NCBI RefSeq assembly: GCF_006345805.1
Contig: NC_043015.1
Location: 48,980,001 to 49,044,000, forward strand
Direction: 5' to 3'
From: Octopus sinensis
Taxonomy: Eukaryota
DNA: 64,000 nucleotides
Under the pieces are notes generated by a model, which ran no database searches, had not been told where the DNA came from, and saw only the letters and a program-made list of their open reading frames with translations. The position numbers and the translations under genes were made by a program. Shown here piece after piece: positions 48,941-61,394 of this stretch (position 1 is its first letter; each line of letters opens with the position of its first letter).

Positions 48941-49411
48941 TACAACTACTTAAAATATTGGTTTCAAATTTTGGCACAAGGCCAGAAATTTCTGGGGAGG
49001 AGATAAGTCGATTACACCGAGCCCCAAGTATTCAACTGGTAGTCATTTTATCGACCCCGAAAGGATGAATGGCAAAGTCGACCCCGGGGGAATTTGAACT
49101 CAAAACGTAAAGTCGGAAGAAATACAGCTAAGCATTTTGCCCAACGTGTTTGCGATTCTGCTAGCTTGCCGCCTTGTACAGCTTGATTTCAAATTTTGGC
49201 ACAAGACCAGAAATTTCTGGGGAGAGGATAAGTCGATTACGTTGACCCTAGATACACAGCTGACGCTTATTTCATCGAACCCCAGCAGAATTTGAACTCA
49301 AAAGGCAAAGCCAGAACAAATGTCGTGAAGCATTTTTGCCGAGTGTTTTAACAATTCTGCCATCTTTCCACTTTGTACAGCTACTAAGATACTAATCCTA
49401 TTTCTCTACAG

Positions 49412-49586
49412 AGTTTTTACAACTGATGATTACAGTGATGACAGTTCTTTGTGTCCGAAGATCATGAACAAAAGTGGCCGCCTACATGCGGTGCCGAGAT
49501 TTGCGATTGCCAGTACCACCCAGCACCTGTCGTTTACGCCCATCCTCCATCACTGTCGGACTTTTCTTTCTGTCCGCGTTGAATAG
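49412..49586 (+). CDS. Candidate terminal coding exon (VFTTDDYSDDSSLCPKIMNKSGRLHAVPRFAIASTTQHLSFTPILHHCRTFLSVRVE*)
   Basis: Strong acceptor ATACTAATCCTATTTCTCTACAG; GC-richer unique DNA; the phase-2 frame stays open for 57 codons to TAG at 49584-49586. Confidence 0.55.
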
Positions 49587-49697
49587 TTTTAAATTGAGAG
49601 TCCGTTCACGTAATCCGCTCCTGCTCTCTACACTTGGAGATCTGACTACAGAGACTCAGAGGCTTAAGACAACTGTAGTGCCCAGCGCAAATGTTGA

Positions 49698-50640
49698 TAA
49701 AGCTGGAACCTCATTCCCTAAAAGCTGGAACGTCATTTCCTAAAAGCTGGAACGTCATTTCCTAAAAGCTGGAACGTCATTCCCTAAAAGCTGGAACGTC
49801 ATTTCCTAAAAGCTGGAACGTCATTTCCTAATAGCTGGAACGTCATTCCCTAAAAGCTGGAACGTCATTTCCTAAAAGCTGGAACGTCATTTCCTAAAAG
49901 CTGGAGCGTCATTCCCTAAAAGCTGGAACGTCATTCCCTAAAAGCTGGAACGTCATTCCCTAAAAGATGGAACGTCATTCCCTAAAGTTGGAACGTCATT
50001 CCCTAAAAGCTGGAACGTCATTCCCTAAAGCTGAAACGTCATTTCCTAAAAGCTGGAACGTCATTCCCTAAAAGCTGGAACGTCATTCTCTAAAAGCTGG
50101 AACGTCATTCCCTAAAAGCTGGAACGTCATTCCCTAAAAGCTGGAACGTCATTTTCTAAAAGCTGGAACGTCATTCCCTAAAAGCTGGAACGTCATTTCC
50201 TAAAAGCTGGAACGTCATTTCCTAAAAGCTGGAGCGTCATTCCCTAAAAGCTGGAGCGTCATTCCCTAAAAGCTGGAACGTCATTCCCTAAAAGCTGGAA
50301 CGTCATTTCCTAAAAGCTGAACGTCATTCCCTAAAAGCTGGAACGCCATTCCCTAAAGCTGAAACGTCATTTCCTAAAAGCTGGAACGTCATTCCCTAAA
50401 AGCTGGAACGTCATTCTCTAAAAGCTGGAACGTCATTTCCTAAAAGCTGGAACGTCATTCCCTAAAAGCTGGAACGTCATTCCCTAAAGCTGGAACGTCA
50501 TTTCCTAAAAGCTGGAACGTCATTTCCTAAAAGCTGGAACGTCATTTCCTAAAAGCTGGAACGTCATTTCCTAAAAGCTGGAACGTCATTCTCTAAAAGC
50601 CGGAACGTCATTCCCTAAAAGCTGAAACATCATTCCCTAA
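49698..50640. repeat. 22-bp minisatellite, about 43 copies
   Basis: Unit TAAAAGCTGGAACGTCATT(C/T)CC, no spacers. Confidence 0.97.
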
Positions 50641-51048
50641 TGTATCAACTATGTCAACATGAATGTCCTTGGGTGCTGGGTGAGAGGCAAACCCTTTTTC
50701 TGCGGGGACTTGATAACACCACGATGCCAAATTTTGTCAGTTTTCAAGAGAGGTCACTGCTAGTTACTTTTGAACTCTTCTTTGGACAGTCAGACGTCAG
50801 TTTACCTGGAAGAAATCAATGCAGTTATTGATGATAGAAGTTGAAACAAATGCACGCAAGATTTCACAGTTCTAGCATCATTCCTTTATTGTCAGCCTAT
50901 AAACTTTTCGGCCCATCCTCATACGTATATACATACATACATAGACATGTATGGATGTGTGTGTTCTCTTTCTCTTTTTAATTTCGAATAAATTTTGACG
51001 GGCCACCTACTTGGTAGCAAGGTTGTGGAGGAAAGCATCTCGTTTTAA

Positions 51049-51790
51049 CTACCATCCTTTAATTGTTAAGAAGCTCTCGTAAATTTTTATAGTCTCAGAC
51101 ATTGCGATCATTTGTCGCGTATGAATTAAGGATTTGCGTTCTCTCTTCAGGAACTCAGGCGCAGCCATACTTTGCGCTGGACGGAATGGTATGTATCCTG
51201 TTTCTCCAATACTAATAGGTATGAAACTGAAAGTGCATCTTGGGTACTGGATTTGCAAACTCCTTATCAAAAGTCCATAAATATCCGTTTTCTCTTGTAT
51301 ATTTCTAACCACATCCGTGTCCAGAGGGCAGTGGTTTCCACAACAGAACATATCTTTTCTTTGTGGTCCCTCACAACGACATCTGGCCAGTTGTATTTTA
51401 ACTTGGTAGCTGTTTTAATTTTTAAATCCCACAACTATTCTTTTGACTCATCGGTTTCGTGGGTTTTTTCTTTATTGCTTATCCTGCTCCCGACAGTTTT
51501 GGCCACCGCATCATGCCTCGTGGGAAGATAATATCTAGAAGACATTCTCTCACAGTTAACAATAGTGTGGTTGATGTCTTCAGTCTTGATCTTGCACAGC
51601 CTACGTTTGTTGTCTATCAAAGTTTTCTTCCTTTTATGCTGGTGGGATCTCTTGTTCTTGAATTGCATACAGGTAGCCTGAGATGTCATAAACATGCCGG
51701 TACTCCAAGCCAAGCTTTTGACATGATCAATCCCTTCTATGGTTTGCGTTTTGTACAAATACCAATATGGTAACCGTTAATCTCTGAAGT
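51049..51790 (-). mobile_element. R4/NeSL-type non-LTR element 3' relic (CCHC finger plus RLE)
   Basis: RLCKIKTEDINHTIVNC..RHDAVAKT, then NWPDVVV..CPLD..IQEKTDIYGLL..FIPISIG. Confidence 0.85.
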
Positions 51791-53530
51791 GTTTTGTACA
51801 AAGGAAATTATAAGTGTTAAAACTAGGACCGACAAGAAAGCAAGGTTGAAGAACCCTTAATCTCTGCAGTATTTTCTACAAAGGAAATTATAAGTGCTAC
51901 TATTTTCTCTATGAACTGGTCCTTTTTTAATATTCTGTTCTGATAAATAGATTTTACCAATGCTCGTTGGAGAGAGAACTGTATCTGATCTTATATCATA
52001 CCTTTCCTCAAATTCATTAGCTATCCTAATTACGCTGTTCACAGTCACAAACGTCAGCATACTAGTTACTGGTTGCTTTCCTCTGCTGCAGATGTTGTTT
52101 CAGTGCCACAATACGTGCTTCGTATGATATCTGTACAGATTTAAGACTACGGCTACCAAATCCACTCACAAAGCTTTATATTATTTGATCATGAGCAGGG
52201 TAGTGGGGGAACATCATAGTCATGTGTTGAGAGGGTTTCTTTGGGGTTTTAATGAATATCGTAACAAAAGTAAAGTTTGAAGGAAATAGCCATTTTTTCA
52301 TACTTTCTAGGGGTCTGCAAATAGGAAATAACAGACATCGGGTTAGAGTACATAAACAACAAATCAATGTTTTTCTTTTCTTCTTAGAAATGTTCCTGCT
52401 ACTTGACATTTGTGCAAATAGAAAATTCAAAATATTCTTTTATTTTTTATTTTTTTCAAAACGAAGGAAAAAAATCATCAACTACTTTACAAGAATTCTA
52501 AATCAGTGGCTAGACCAGAAACAGTCAATACCACTACTAAAAACCACTTCTACTAAATACAACATCGTAAACTCAAAACTGCCCTACCGTTGGCTTATTT
52601 GCTTGTTTTGAAAGAACGAAAGTATTTAAAGTACGTTAGTATTCAATAATGAAACCATTATACATTCTAGATTATGTTTTTGTCTTCCTTCCGTAGTTAA
52701 AATACGTGTTATGGGCAGGACCCCTAACAAGTGTGTTTGAAAAGCCGTAAACAGCGAAAGCTCTTGAAAACTTTCTTCCAAAAGTTTCCTGTGATTCTGT
52801 TTCATAAACACCATTTTTTACATAAGTAATAATTTTATATTTAAGAAAGTCTTTCTTCAAATATCATGTCTATGGAGAATTCTTTGCAAAAATCTATGTG
52901 CGTGCGCGTGTATGTGTGTAGATAGACTGAGAAATAGATCGAGAGAGGGTGGGGGAAGAGAGTGAGTGAGTGAGAGAGAGAGAAGAAAGAGGCAGGGAGA
53001 AGTGTATCTGTTGAAAACGACGGCTGACGTCACTGATAAATTTCTTGCCGAAATAATTAGCTTATGAATAAACCATGTCTTTGATCTCAGAGTACATGAA
53101 ACACGTCCCCAATTAATGGGTGACAATGAAATACGATTCTCTTGTCACCAAATATATAAGCCTTTTTAACTGGGTCACTGAATCGTTGGCATTCCAAGAG
53201 AACACAAGCTCCATCGTGTTACTATTGTAGAGCATTGCCCAAGAATTTATGACAGACCAGCTGTAGACAGGAACTTCGCTGCGGGCTAGCTAGAAAGCTG
53301 GTCTGCGGCGAAGTAAACTTTCGGTTAAGCGGGCTTCCTCCTAAGCAGGAGTTGACTGGCAGTTGTGGCTCTCTGGTATTTAACCGAATAAATCTTTCGT
53401 TAACACAATCTGGGTCTCCGTTAATTTTTTGTGTGTATAGCTTAACTAAAGCTATGCTATCGTGAATCTTAACTATGGAAAGATAACGAAGGCATAACTT
53501 AGAATGCATAACGGTTTCTTTATTGAACAC

Positions 53531-53997
53531 AGGCGGCGAGCTGGCAGAACCGTTAGCACGCCGGGCGAAATGCGTAGGCGCATTTCGTCTGTCGTTACGT
53601 TGTGAGTTCAAATTCCGCCGAGGTCGACTTTGCCTTTCATCCTTTCGGGGTCGATAAATTAAGTACCAAGGGTCGATGTAATCGACTTAATACCTATTTC
53701 TTTATTACCCACAAGGGGCTAAACATAGAGGAGACAAACATGGACAGACATAGGTATTAAGTCGATTATATCGACCCCAGTGCTTAACTGGTACTTAATT
53801 TATCGACCCCGAAAGGATGAAAGGCAAAGTCGACCTCGGCGAAATTTGAACTCACAACGTAACGGCAGCCGAAATACCGCTAAGCATTTCGCCCGACGTG
53901 CTAACGATTCTGCTAGCTCGCCGCCTTTGTAATCGACTTAATACCTATGTCTGTCCTTGTTTGTCCCCTCTATGTTTAGCCCCTTAATAAAGAAATA
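53531..53997 (+). mobile_element. SINE B containing an antisense SINE B (53698-53927)
   Basis: Outer TSD GGTTTCTTTATTGAACAC (53513-53530, 53998-54015); inner TSD TGTAATCGACTTAATACCTAT (53677-53697, 53928-53948). Confidence 0.95.
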
Positions 53998-54104
53998 GGT
54001 TTCTTTATTGAACACTAACGCACTTAAAATACTTTCGTTCTTCCAATACAAATAAACTAACGACAATGGATGTCTTTGAAAATAACACAACACATAAGTA
54101 ACAC

Positions 54105-54272
54105 TGTAGCGTTCGCTTAGTGAATTTCTCTCTTAAACATTCTACAGGTTGTGTCTCTCTTTTCCTTCTGGTACTGATACTCATGTATTCTCTTCGTATT
54201 TATTGCAATCGACCGTGCGATGTATTAAAGGAGCCATTCTTCGTCACCTCTCCTTCGCACGGTCGTTCTACA
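54105..54272 (+). mobile_element. Short LTR (TGTAG...CTACA)
   Basis: Inverted 5-bp termini, ATTAAA signal, immediately followed by a primer-binding site. Confidence 0.65.
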
Positions 54273-54275
54273 AAC

Positions 54276-54309
54276 TGGTGACCCCGACGTGATTTCGATC
54301 CACGCAACC
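54276..54309 (+). other. Primer-binding site complementary to the 3' end of tRNA-Trp
   Basis: TGGTGACCCCGACGTGATT is the reverse complement of the metazoan tRNA-Trp(CCA) 3' end; the match extends to CACGCAACC. Confidence 0.8.
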
Positions 54310-55066
54310 CTACGTTTACACGGACGTCTACAAATCGGTGACCCAGTGCCAGCTTAATGACCAACCGCTCTTTCGACCTCGGCGGAATTTGAACTCGGAA
54401 CGTAGCGGCAGACGAAATACTACTAAGCATTTCGCCCGGTGTGCTAACGTTTCTGCCAGTTCGCCGCCTTATGCAGGCTTCATTAACTATCTTGTTCCTG
54501 CGTATTTTAGGAAGGCCGTAAAAGAGACTAGATTTACATTTAAAGTTCGTGATATATAATCTATTTCTTTTTCTGTCAGGTCTTTTCCATGTAGAAGAAT
54601 TAAGGATGCAAGATTTTTCATTGTTTTTTGTTTATAGTTTACAACTTTTTCCTAGATAACACTCGGCTTTTGTAGTATTCTGCGTCCATCAGGACTATAG
54701 CACTTCCTTTGTCTGCTTCTTTAATTGTCAGTTCTTTGTCATTTTGTAGTTCAATTAGATATTTCCATTCTAGATTGTTGAGGTTTGAGTTAATTTTCCG
54801 CTTATGGAAAATATTTGGAAAATTTTGGATATGGTCGCAGAAGACATCTTGTATTTTATTCTTACATTTAGATGTAAGATAATTACTTCTGTTTTTAACC
54901 AGTGATTCATCCTGCTGCTGTAGTCAGTTAGTACTTCTGTGAGTCGCAATTTTCCGCAGAATTCCGAAATATTGTCTTTAATTTCATTCTGGTTAGATCT
55001 TCATGGGGTGGGGTAAATTTTAATCCTTTAGCTAGTATACTAATCTTTGTTACAGAGAGAGTTTTC

Positions 55067-55482
55067 GGATCTTTTCGGTTTGAACGGCAGTTTTTCTAGC
55101 AGTGTCATATGAAATTGTCACCCATAATTATGACCCTAGTATCGATCTATTGCATTTCAATCTGTTTTAGGGTTAGGGGTGGGGTGGGGGGAAGGGTATC
55201 TTTTTTTCTTCACAAATGTAAATAAACCCAATCTGTTTCTTAAACGAGGGACATATTCATACGGCATAGAATGTTTTTTTTACCTCAGTGGACGTCATTG
55301 ATTGGTTGAAATTGTAGAAATTGAAGAAAAAAACAACAAATATCTTACAAACTATAGAATTTTCTCAATAAAGCCAAGAGAAAAAGATGTTTTATAAAGA
55401 CATTCTACCAGTATACGAAGTTTTAAATTTTTTAGTTACCTAGAAATTATGTTAAAAACTGCCGTTCAAACCGAAAAGATCC
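55067..55482. mobile_element. ~415-bp GGATCT-ended MITE, copy 3
   Basis: 28-bp TIRs; 8-bp TSD GAGTTTTC at 55059-55066 and 55483-55490. Confidence 0.96.
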
Positions 55483-56078
55483 GAGTTTTCTTTGATAAAT
55501 TCATTACTTCGGGCTTCTCTTGCATGTTTTAATAAAATCTATCTTAATTTTCTGTAGAATGTATTTGCCTGTCATATTTTATAAAGGGTTAATATATTTT
55601 TTATTGAAATATAAAGACAAAGGAATCTCCGTCAAGAAGACAGAATGTTTGTCATCAACAGTGAAACAAAATTACCAAACAAGTAGAATTTATTTTTTAT
55701 AATGTCAACAATTTGTTGTACTCTAAACTTAAAGAATCTACCAGACTTAATTAAGTTCTTCTGACCTTCAAGTTGAACGATGTAGTTGAAAACTAATATG
55801 CTGATAACATTTTGACTGAAACAAAACATTCTATTTAACGAATTTTTGACATGAGTCAACACTAATTTTGAAGCCACTTACGAAGGTAAAATATATCAAC
55901 CTTCATCGTTGATTAAAGGGTCTCAAAAGACAACTTTAACTTGCCACCATTTACAGACTTAAACATCTCTCCCTCATCATCCACGTATATGATGACAACG
56001 ACCCGACCAGGGATGGAGTTTCTAACACAAGATCGTTCCATCTGCTAGAAATAACAGTCAAGTTCCTATCAAACCCAT

Positions 56079-56358
56079 CAGAGGGTCTCAAACTTTTTTG
56101 GCCTCCCCCCCTCCCCTATTTTGATGTATAAATAAATATTTTATATTTTAATAATTTATACATACTTATGAATCATTTGATATTTATATAATATTATATA
56201 ATTTGTATACAATATTATAATAAATTCCTAGCGTCTCCCAATCCACTGCCTTCCTCCCAACGCCTCCTTTTTCTCTATCACCCCCTTAGGCACCAGTGCC
56301 CACCTGGACCGTCTCTATACCCTCCAGGGGGCGGTAGCACCCACTTTGAAAACCTATG
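56079..56358. mobile_element. hAT-like MITE
   Basis: CAGAGGGTCTCAAAC ... TTTGAAAACCTATG decayed termini. Confidence 0.5.
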
Positions 56359-56389
56359 ATCTATGTAAGTTGTTCAAATGTGTGCATCC

Positions 56390-57760
56390 ATGAGATTAGG
56401 TAGTCATCTAGGTAACGTTTCCAGTTTTCTAGTAGATATTTGTGGAAGTCATATTTTCATTTAGATTGCTCATATATCTGGACCACCATGTATGCCATGA
56501 CTAGATTGGCATCAGAGCAACTTTTGTCCCCATTGCAGTCCCAGTTATTTGTTTGTAAATATTGCCATTGAAGTCTAAAAAGTTGTTTCTGAGGATGAAC
56601 TTAAATCCTTCAGTGATGAAACTGTATTCAGTTCTGTCTGGAATTTCAAGAGGGAATTTTTTCAAGCCAGAAATTTATTGCCTCTAGTCCATATTGGTGT
56701 GGGATTGTGGTATAGAAATTTACCACATTAAAAGATACAATAGTGGTATCATTGTTTATGGATTTTGGGAGATGGTTTAACAGATTCAGGTTGTCCCTTA
56801 CAAGACTTAGTATGCATTTTAAAATAGGTTTCGGTAATATATCTAAAAAGTTGCTGAGCCTGTGTTTCACAGTTTGGGCTTGCTACAATTGGTCTAAATT
56901 TAAGGTTGGTGGGATATTGTATGTTTATGCAACTTGAAGTTGGTTCGTTATATGCATTCTTAATAGTTTGATTATGGATTTTGGGGAGACCATAAAAGAA
57001 GCTAGTCTTGCACTCAAATTGAGTTAGGTAGTCACATTCTTTGTTAAACCTTTTTGAGGTCTGTGAATGAATATGTTCAGTTTAGTCATTGCCCTTGATT
57101 TTTGGTAATTATTTACCTTTTTATGGTAGGTCAAAGCTTGTAATATAGATAGTATATTTCTTTTGTAGTGTTCAATATCCATAAATATAGCTCTTCCCTT
57201 ATCTGCTTCCTTAAGTATGTTTTAGTTTTTCAGTTCATGTATAATAGCCCATTCCTTTTGACTGGTATTGGGCTTGATTTTAGGACGTGGAAGTTCTTTG
57301 TAAGGGAAGGTATATATAAAATCACAAAATTTATCTAAAGCTTTAATCTTACCTTCGTGGGCGTGTAATAGCAATTAACAATTCCTGTTAGGTGTAGTTT
57401 TCTACAGAACTGTGAAATATTCTGCATTTCACTGGAGTTAGGGTGCTGTGGTGTTGGGGGTAAATTTTAGGTGTTTTGACAAAATAATTTCTTCTACTGA
57501 GAGTATTTTTGGATAGGTCAATTATCTTCGGTTTGTACCATCTGGTGTCGAGAACTCTTTCAGTTGGATCTAAAAAATAATTTTTCCAAAGTTTTCCTTT
57601 TATTACTATTTATATATCTGAGGACATTTTCTCTGTTAACTTGTCCTCTTTTGTACCGATTTTGTACATTTGTTGTTCTAGATTGCAGTTGTTTCTCTCT
57701 GTAATTGTTTTTTAAATTGATATTTTTTATCCGTTGTGTATGTCTTCAGTTTCGGAGAAA
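56390..57760 (-). mobile_element. Penelope-like retroelement RT relic
   Basis: IIDLSKNTLS, KEADKG, FYGLPKIH, KFRPIVAS, RLSNFLDIL, YTTIPHQYGLEAINFWL, KQITGTAMGTKVAP, decayed YLDD; multiple frameshifts. Confidence 0.92.
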
Positions 57761-58254
57761 ATTCAGTCCAGGTCTTCCCGCTCAACCTCTGTTCAGTGAA
57801 TACCACAACAAATGAAACACAGATAAACAAAGAAAATACTTTCATACAAACCCAGACTTTACAAACTACCAAAGTACATAGACAAATAACTATTCACATA
57901 CAAAACTCATTCTGTCACTTAATAAGAGGAACCTACAGAACTAACAAACTAAACTTTAGCCACTGGACTACATACAAACGACTCTATTCCACTCTCCCAC
58001 CAGGTAGATTAAATTTTGAATTCCTTGATTGTTACTAACCATGTTCTTTCAACTGTGTCAGCCTTCATTTTAGGCACAAAATATACCGAAAGGATGAAAA
58101 TCAAAGTCAACCTTGGCAGAATTTGAACTCAAAACATGAAGATGGACAAAATGTTAAGCATTTTGCCTGGTGCAGTAACGGCCAGGCCAGAAATTTTGGA
58201 GAAAGTGGGGGTTAGTCAATTAAATCCATCCCAGTACTCAACTGGTGCTTATTT

Positions 58255-59210
58255 CTTATTTCTTTGCCCACAAGGGGCTAAACATAGAGGGGACAAACAA
58301 GGACAAAGGGATTAAGTTGATTGCATTAATCCCAGTACGTAACTGGTACTTAATTTATCGACCCCGAAAGGATGAAAGGCCAAGTCGACCTCGGCGGAAT
58401 TTGAACTCACAACATAACGGCAGACGAAATACCTATTTCTTTACTGCCCACAAGGGGTTAAACATAGAGGGGACAAACAAGGACAGACATAGGTATTAAG
58501 TCGATTACATCGACCCCAGTGCGTAACTGGTACTTAATTTACCGACCCCAAAAGGATGAAAGGCCAAGTCGACCTCGGCGGAATTTGAACTCACAACATA
58601 ACGGCAGACGAAATACCTATTTCTTTACTGCCCACAAGGGGTTAAACATAGAGGGGACAAACAAGGACAGACATAGGTATTAAGTCGATTACATCGACCC
58701 CAGTGCGTAACTGGTACTTAATTTACCGACCCCAAAAGATGAAAGGCCAAGTCGACCTCGGCGGAATTTGAACTCACAACATAACGGCAGACGAAATACC
58801 TATTTCTTACTGCCCACAAGGGGTTAAACATAGAGGGGACAAACAAGGACAGACATAGGTATTAAGTCGATTACATCGACCCGTGCGTAACTGGTACTTA
58901 ATTTACCGACCCCAAAAGGATGAAAGGCCAAGTCGACCTCGGCGGAATTTGAACTCACAACATAACGGCAGACGAAATACCTATTTCTTTACTGCCCACA
59001 AGGGGTTAAACATAGAGGGGACAAACAAGGACAGACATAGGTATTAAGTCGATTACATCGACCCCAGTGCGTAACTGGTACTTAATTTACCGACCCCAAA
59101 AGGATGAAAGGCCAAGTCGACCTCGGCGGAATTTGAACTCAGAACGTAACGGCAGACGAAATACCGCTAAGCATTTCGCCTGGCCTGCTAACATTTCTGC
59201 CAGCTCGCTT
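58255..59210 (-). mobile_element. SINE family B pentamer (one head, five ~183-bp bodies)
   Basis: Near-identical units sharing private variants AAGGCCAAG and CTCACAACATAAC. Confidence 0.95.
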
Positions 59211-59329
59211 ATTTCTACAGACCCTGACAGAATGAAATGCAACCATTGACTTAGGTATGATTTGAGCCTGAAGAAATACTGCTAAACATTTTTTTTTTCC
59301 ATTCCGGATGCACTTGGTCTCAAGCATTT

Positions 59330-60020
59330 GTCTTATGAAGAAAGGCTGAAGACGCTCGACCTTTATTCTCTAGAAAAACGATGATGCCGTGGTGCTCACA
59401 ACATCATAAGCGGAAAGTGTAACCTCTTGAAAGAGCTGTTCTTCACTCCTGCTCCAGAGCGTCGGCTGTGGGGTCACTCCGAAAAGCTTTATCTGCGACG
59501 ATTTCATCTCAATCGAAGGAGAGGGGCTTTCTCCGTCCGGGTTGCGGATCCGTGGAATAAGCTGCCGGATGAGATAGTGAAGATGCCGACGCCCGCTCGG
59601 TTCAAAGTCTCCCTTGACCACAAGTGGCCTGAACTCTTTACATGAACACCCTCCCTGTACATAACTCCATGTCCCCCTACATGGCCTTGCTTTTGCTTTT
59701 TGAGCCAAAAAATTAACTTAACTATATATACACGCACACACATAGAGCGTCGGCTGCGGGGTTACTCCGAAAAGCTCTATCTGCGACGATTTCATCTCAA
59801 TCGAAGGAGAGGGGCTTTCTCCCTCCGGGTTGCGGATCCATGGAATAAGCTGCCGGACGAGATAGTGAAGATGCCGACGACCGCTCGGTTCAAAGTCTCC
59901 CTTGACCACAAGTGGCCTGAACTTTTTACATGAACACCACCCTGTACATAACTCCATGTCCCCCTACATGGCCTTGCTTTTTGCTTTTTGAGCCAAAAAA
60001 TTAACTAACGAACTAACTAA
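59330..60020 (+). mobile_element. CR1-clade LINE 3' end with tandemly duplicated terminus
   Basis: LDLYSLEKR..GHSEKLYLRRFHLNRRRGAFSVRVADPWNKLP..FKVSLD; 59456-59720 is repeated at 59743-60008; (TAAC)n tail. Confidence 0.93.
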
Positions 60021-60891
60021 CAACTTTGCCAGTCCACTGCCTTAACAATAACAATAACAACAACAACAAATGACAGCAATGACAATAGTGCTGGGAACAA
60101 CATCAATAAAGAACGACTCTAAACTTGAGTGCACATTAAAAATTTATTTACATGATTGTACAATAAGGAAAACCTTTTTACCTCAGCATACAACAACCTC
60201 TGCTGTTGTTGTTGTTGCTGCTGCTGTTGCCTCCCATTCTGGTTTTGTGTCTTTTACAGAGAAACAATGTAGCGAATAATGGAGAAGAAATATGGTTTGA
60301 CTTTTTTCTTTTTCATTTCTATTTATTTTTCTTTTTTTTTTTTGTTTAAATATTATCTTCAGTTAAACTAACTGACAGAATGTGATATTCTATGCCATTT
60401 ATCAGAATCAGAAAAATAATAGAACTCAGCTTTCCAATGGCATTGTAAGGGGTGGGTGGGAAGAGGAAAAAAAAAAATACCCCTTTGACTGGAATTTATG
60501 AAGAATTTGATATTAGACAAAATAATACACTGAATGTGTAATCAAATCCTTAACGGGGCCTATCATTGGATATATAACTTCTCTAGTAGTAGTAGTAGTA
60601 GTAGTAGTCTCTAGTCATTTGTACTCAACAGTAATTGTAAGTGAGCAATTTTCACATAAGCTTTCTCGATGGTTTAATAACTACTATATGATGATGACGA
60701 TGATGATGCTGATGATGATGGTTGATGAAGACAATGATTATGTTCATGATGGTGGTGTGAAAGTGATGACGGTGAGGGTGGTGGTGGTGGTGGTGGTGGT
60801 TGATATCTATAGTTTACAGGAGTGGTGGCCACTTTTTTGCAGTTGTTTTCTCAGAAAAAATATCCCCCGTTACCGAGAAGAAAAAAAAGAC

Positions 60892-60948
<57 letters not shown>

Positions 60949-61394
60949 AAAAGAAAAAAACACTGACCACTTTTACACATGTTAACACACATCTAAAATG
61001 TTGTCTGTCTGTTTGAAAAGATTTATAGAAAATGAGTCTAAAGGAAACTTTAAAATAATAATAATAATATAATAATAATAATAATGATGATGATGATGAT
61101 GATGTAAGAGAAGGGGGACAAAATGTATTTTTTATTGTTGTTGTTGTTCACATTATCAAAGTCTTGTAGTGAAACGGAACCACAAGTTGAAGAGTGGAAA
61201 GACATAAATGGAGCGGGTGGAACCGATGAAGAAGTATTTCTTAACATGACATATATTAATTGATGGTTTCACAGGAAGACTGGCACTGAAAAACACACAC
61301 ACAAACACACACATGTATATACATACATACATACATATATATATGTGTATATATATATATATATAAAATATATAAATATATGCTTATATACATA

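Noticed and set aside
49698-50640. CRISPR-like appearance of the 22-bp array
   Set aside because: No unique spacers, eukaryotic context, no cas genes.
51857-52060. Possible RT fragment (EFEERYDIRSDTVLSP)
   Set aside because: Only faint resemblance to the GVHQGSVLSP motif; too decayed to support.
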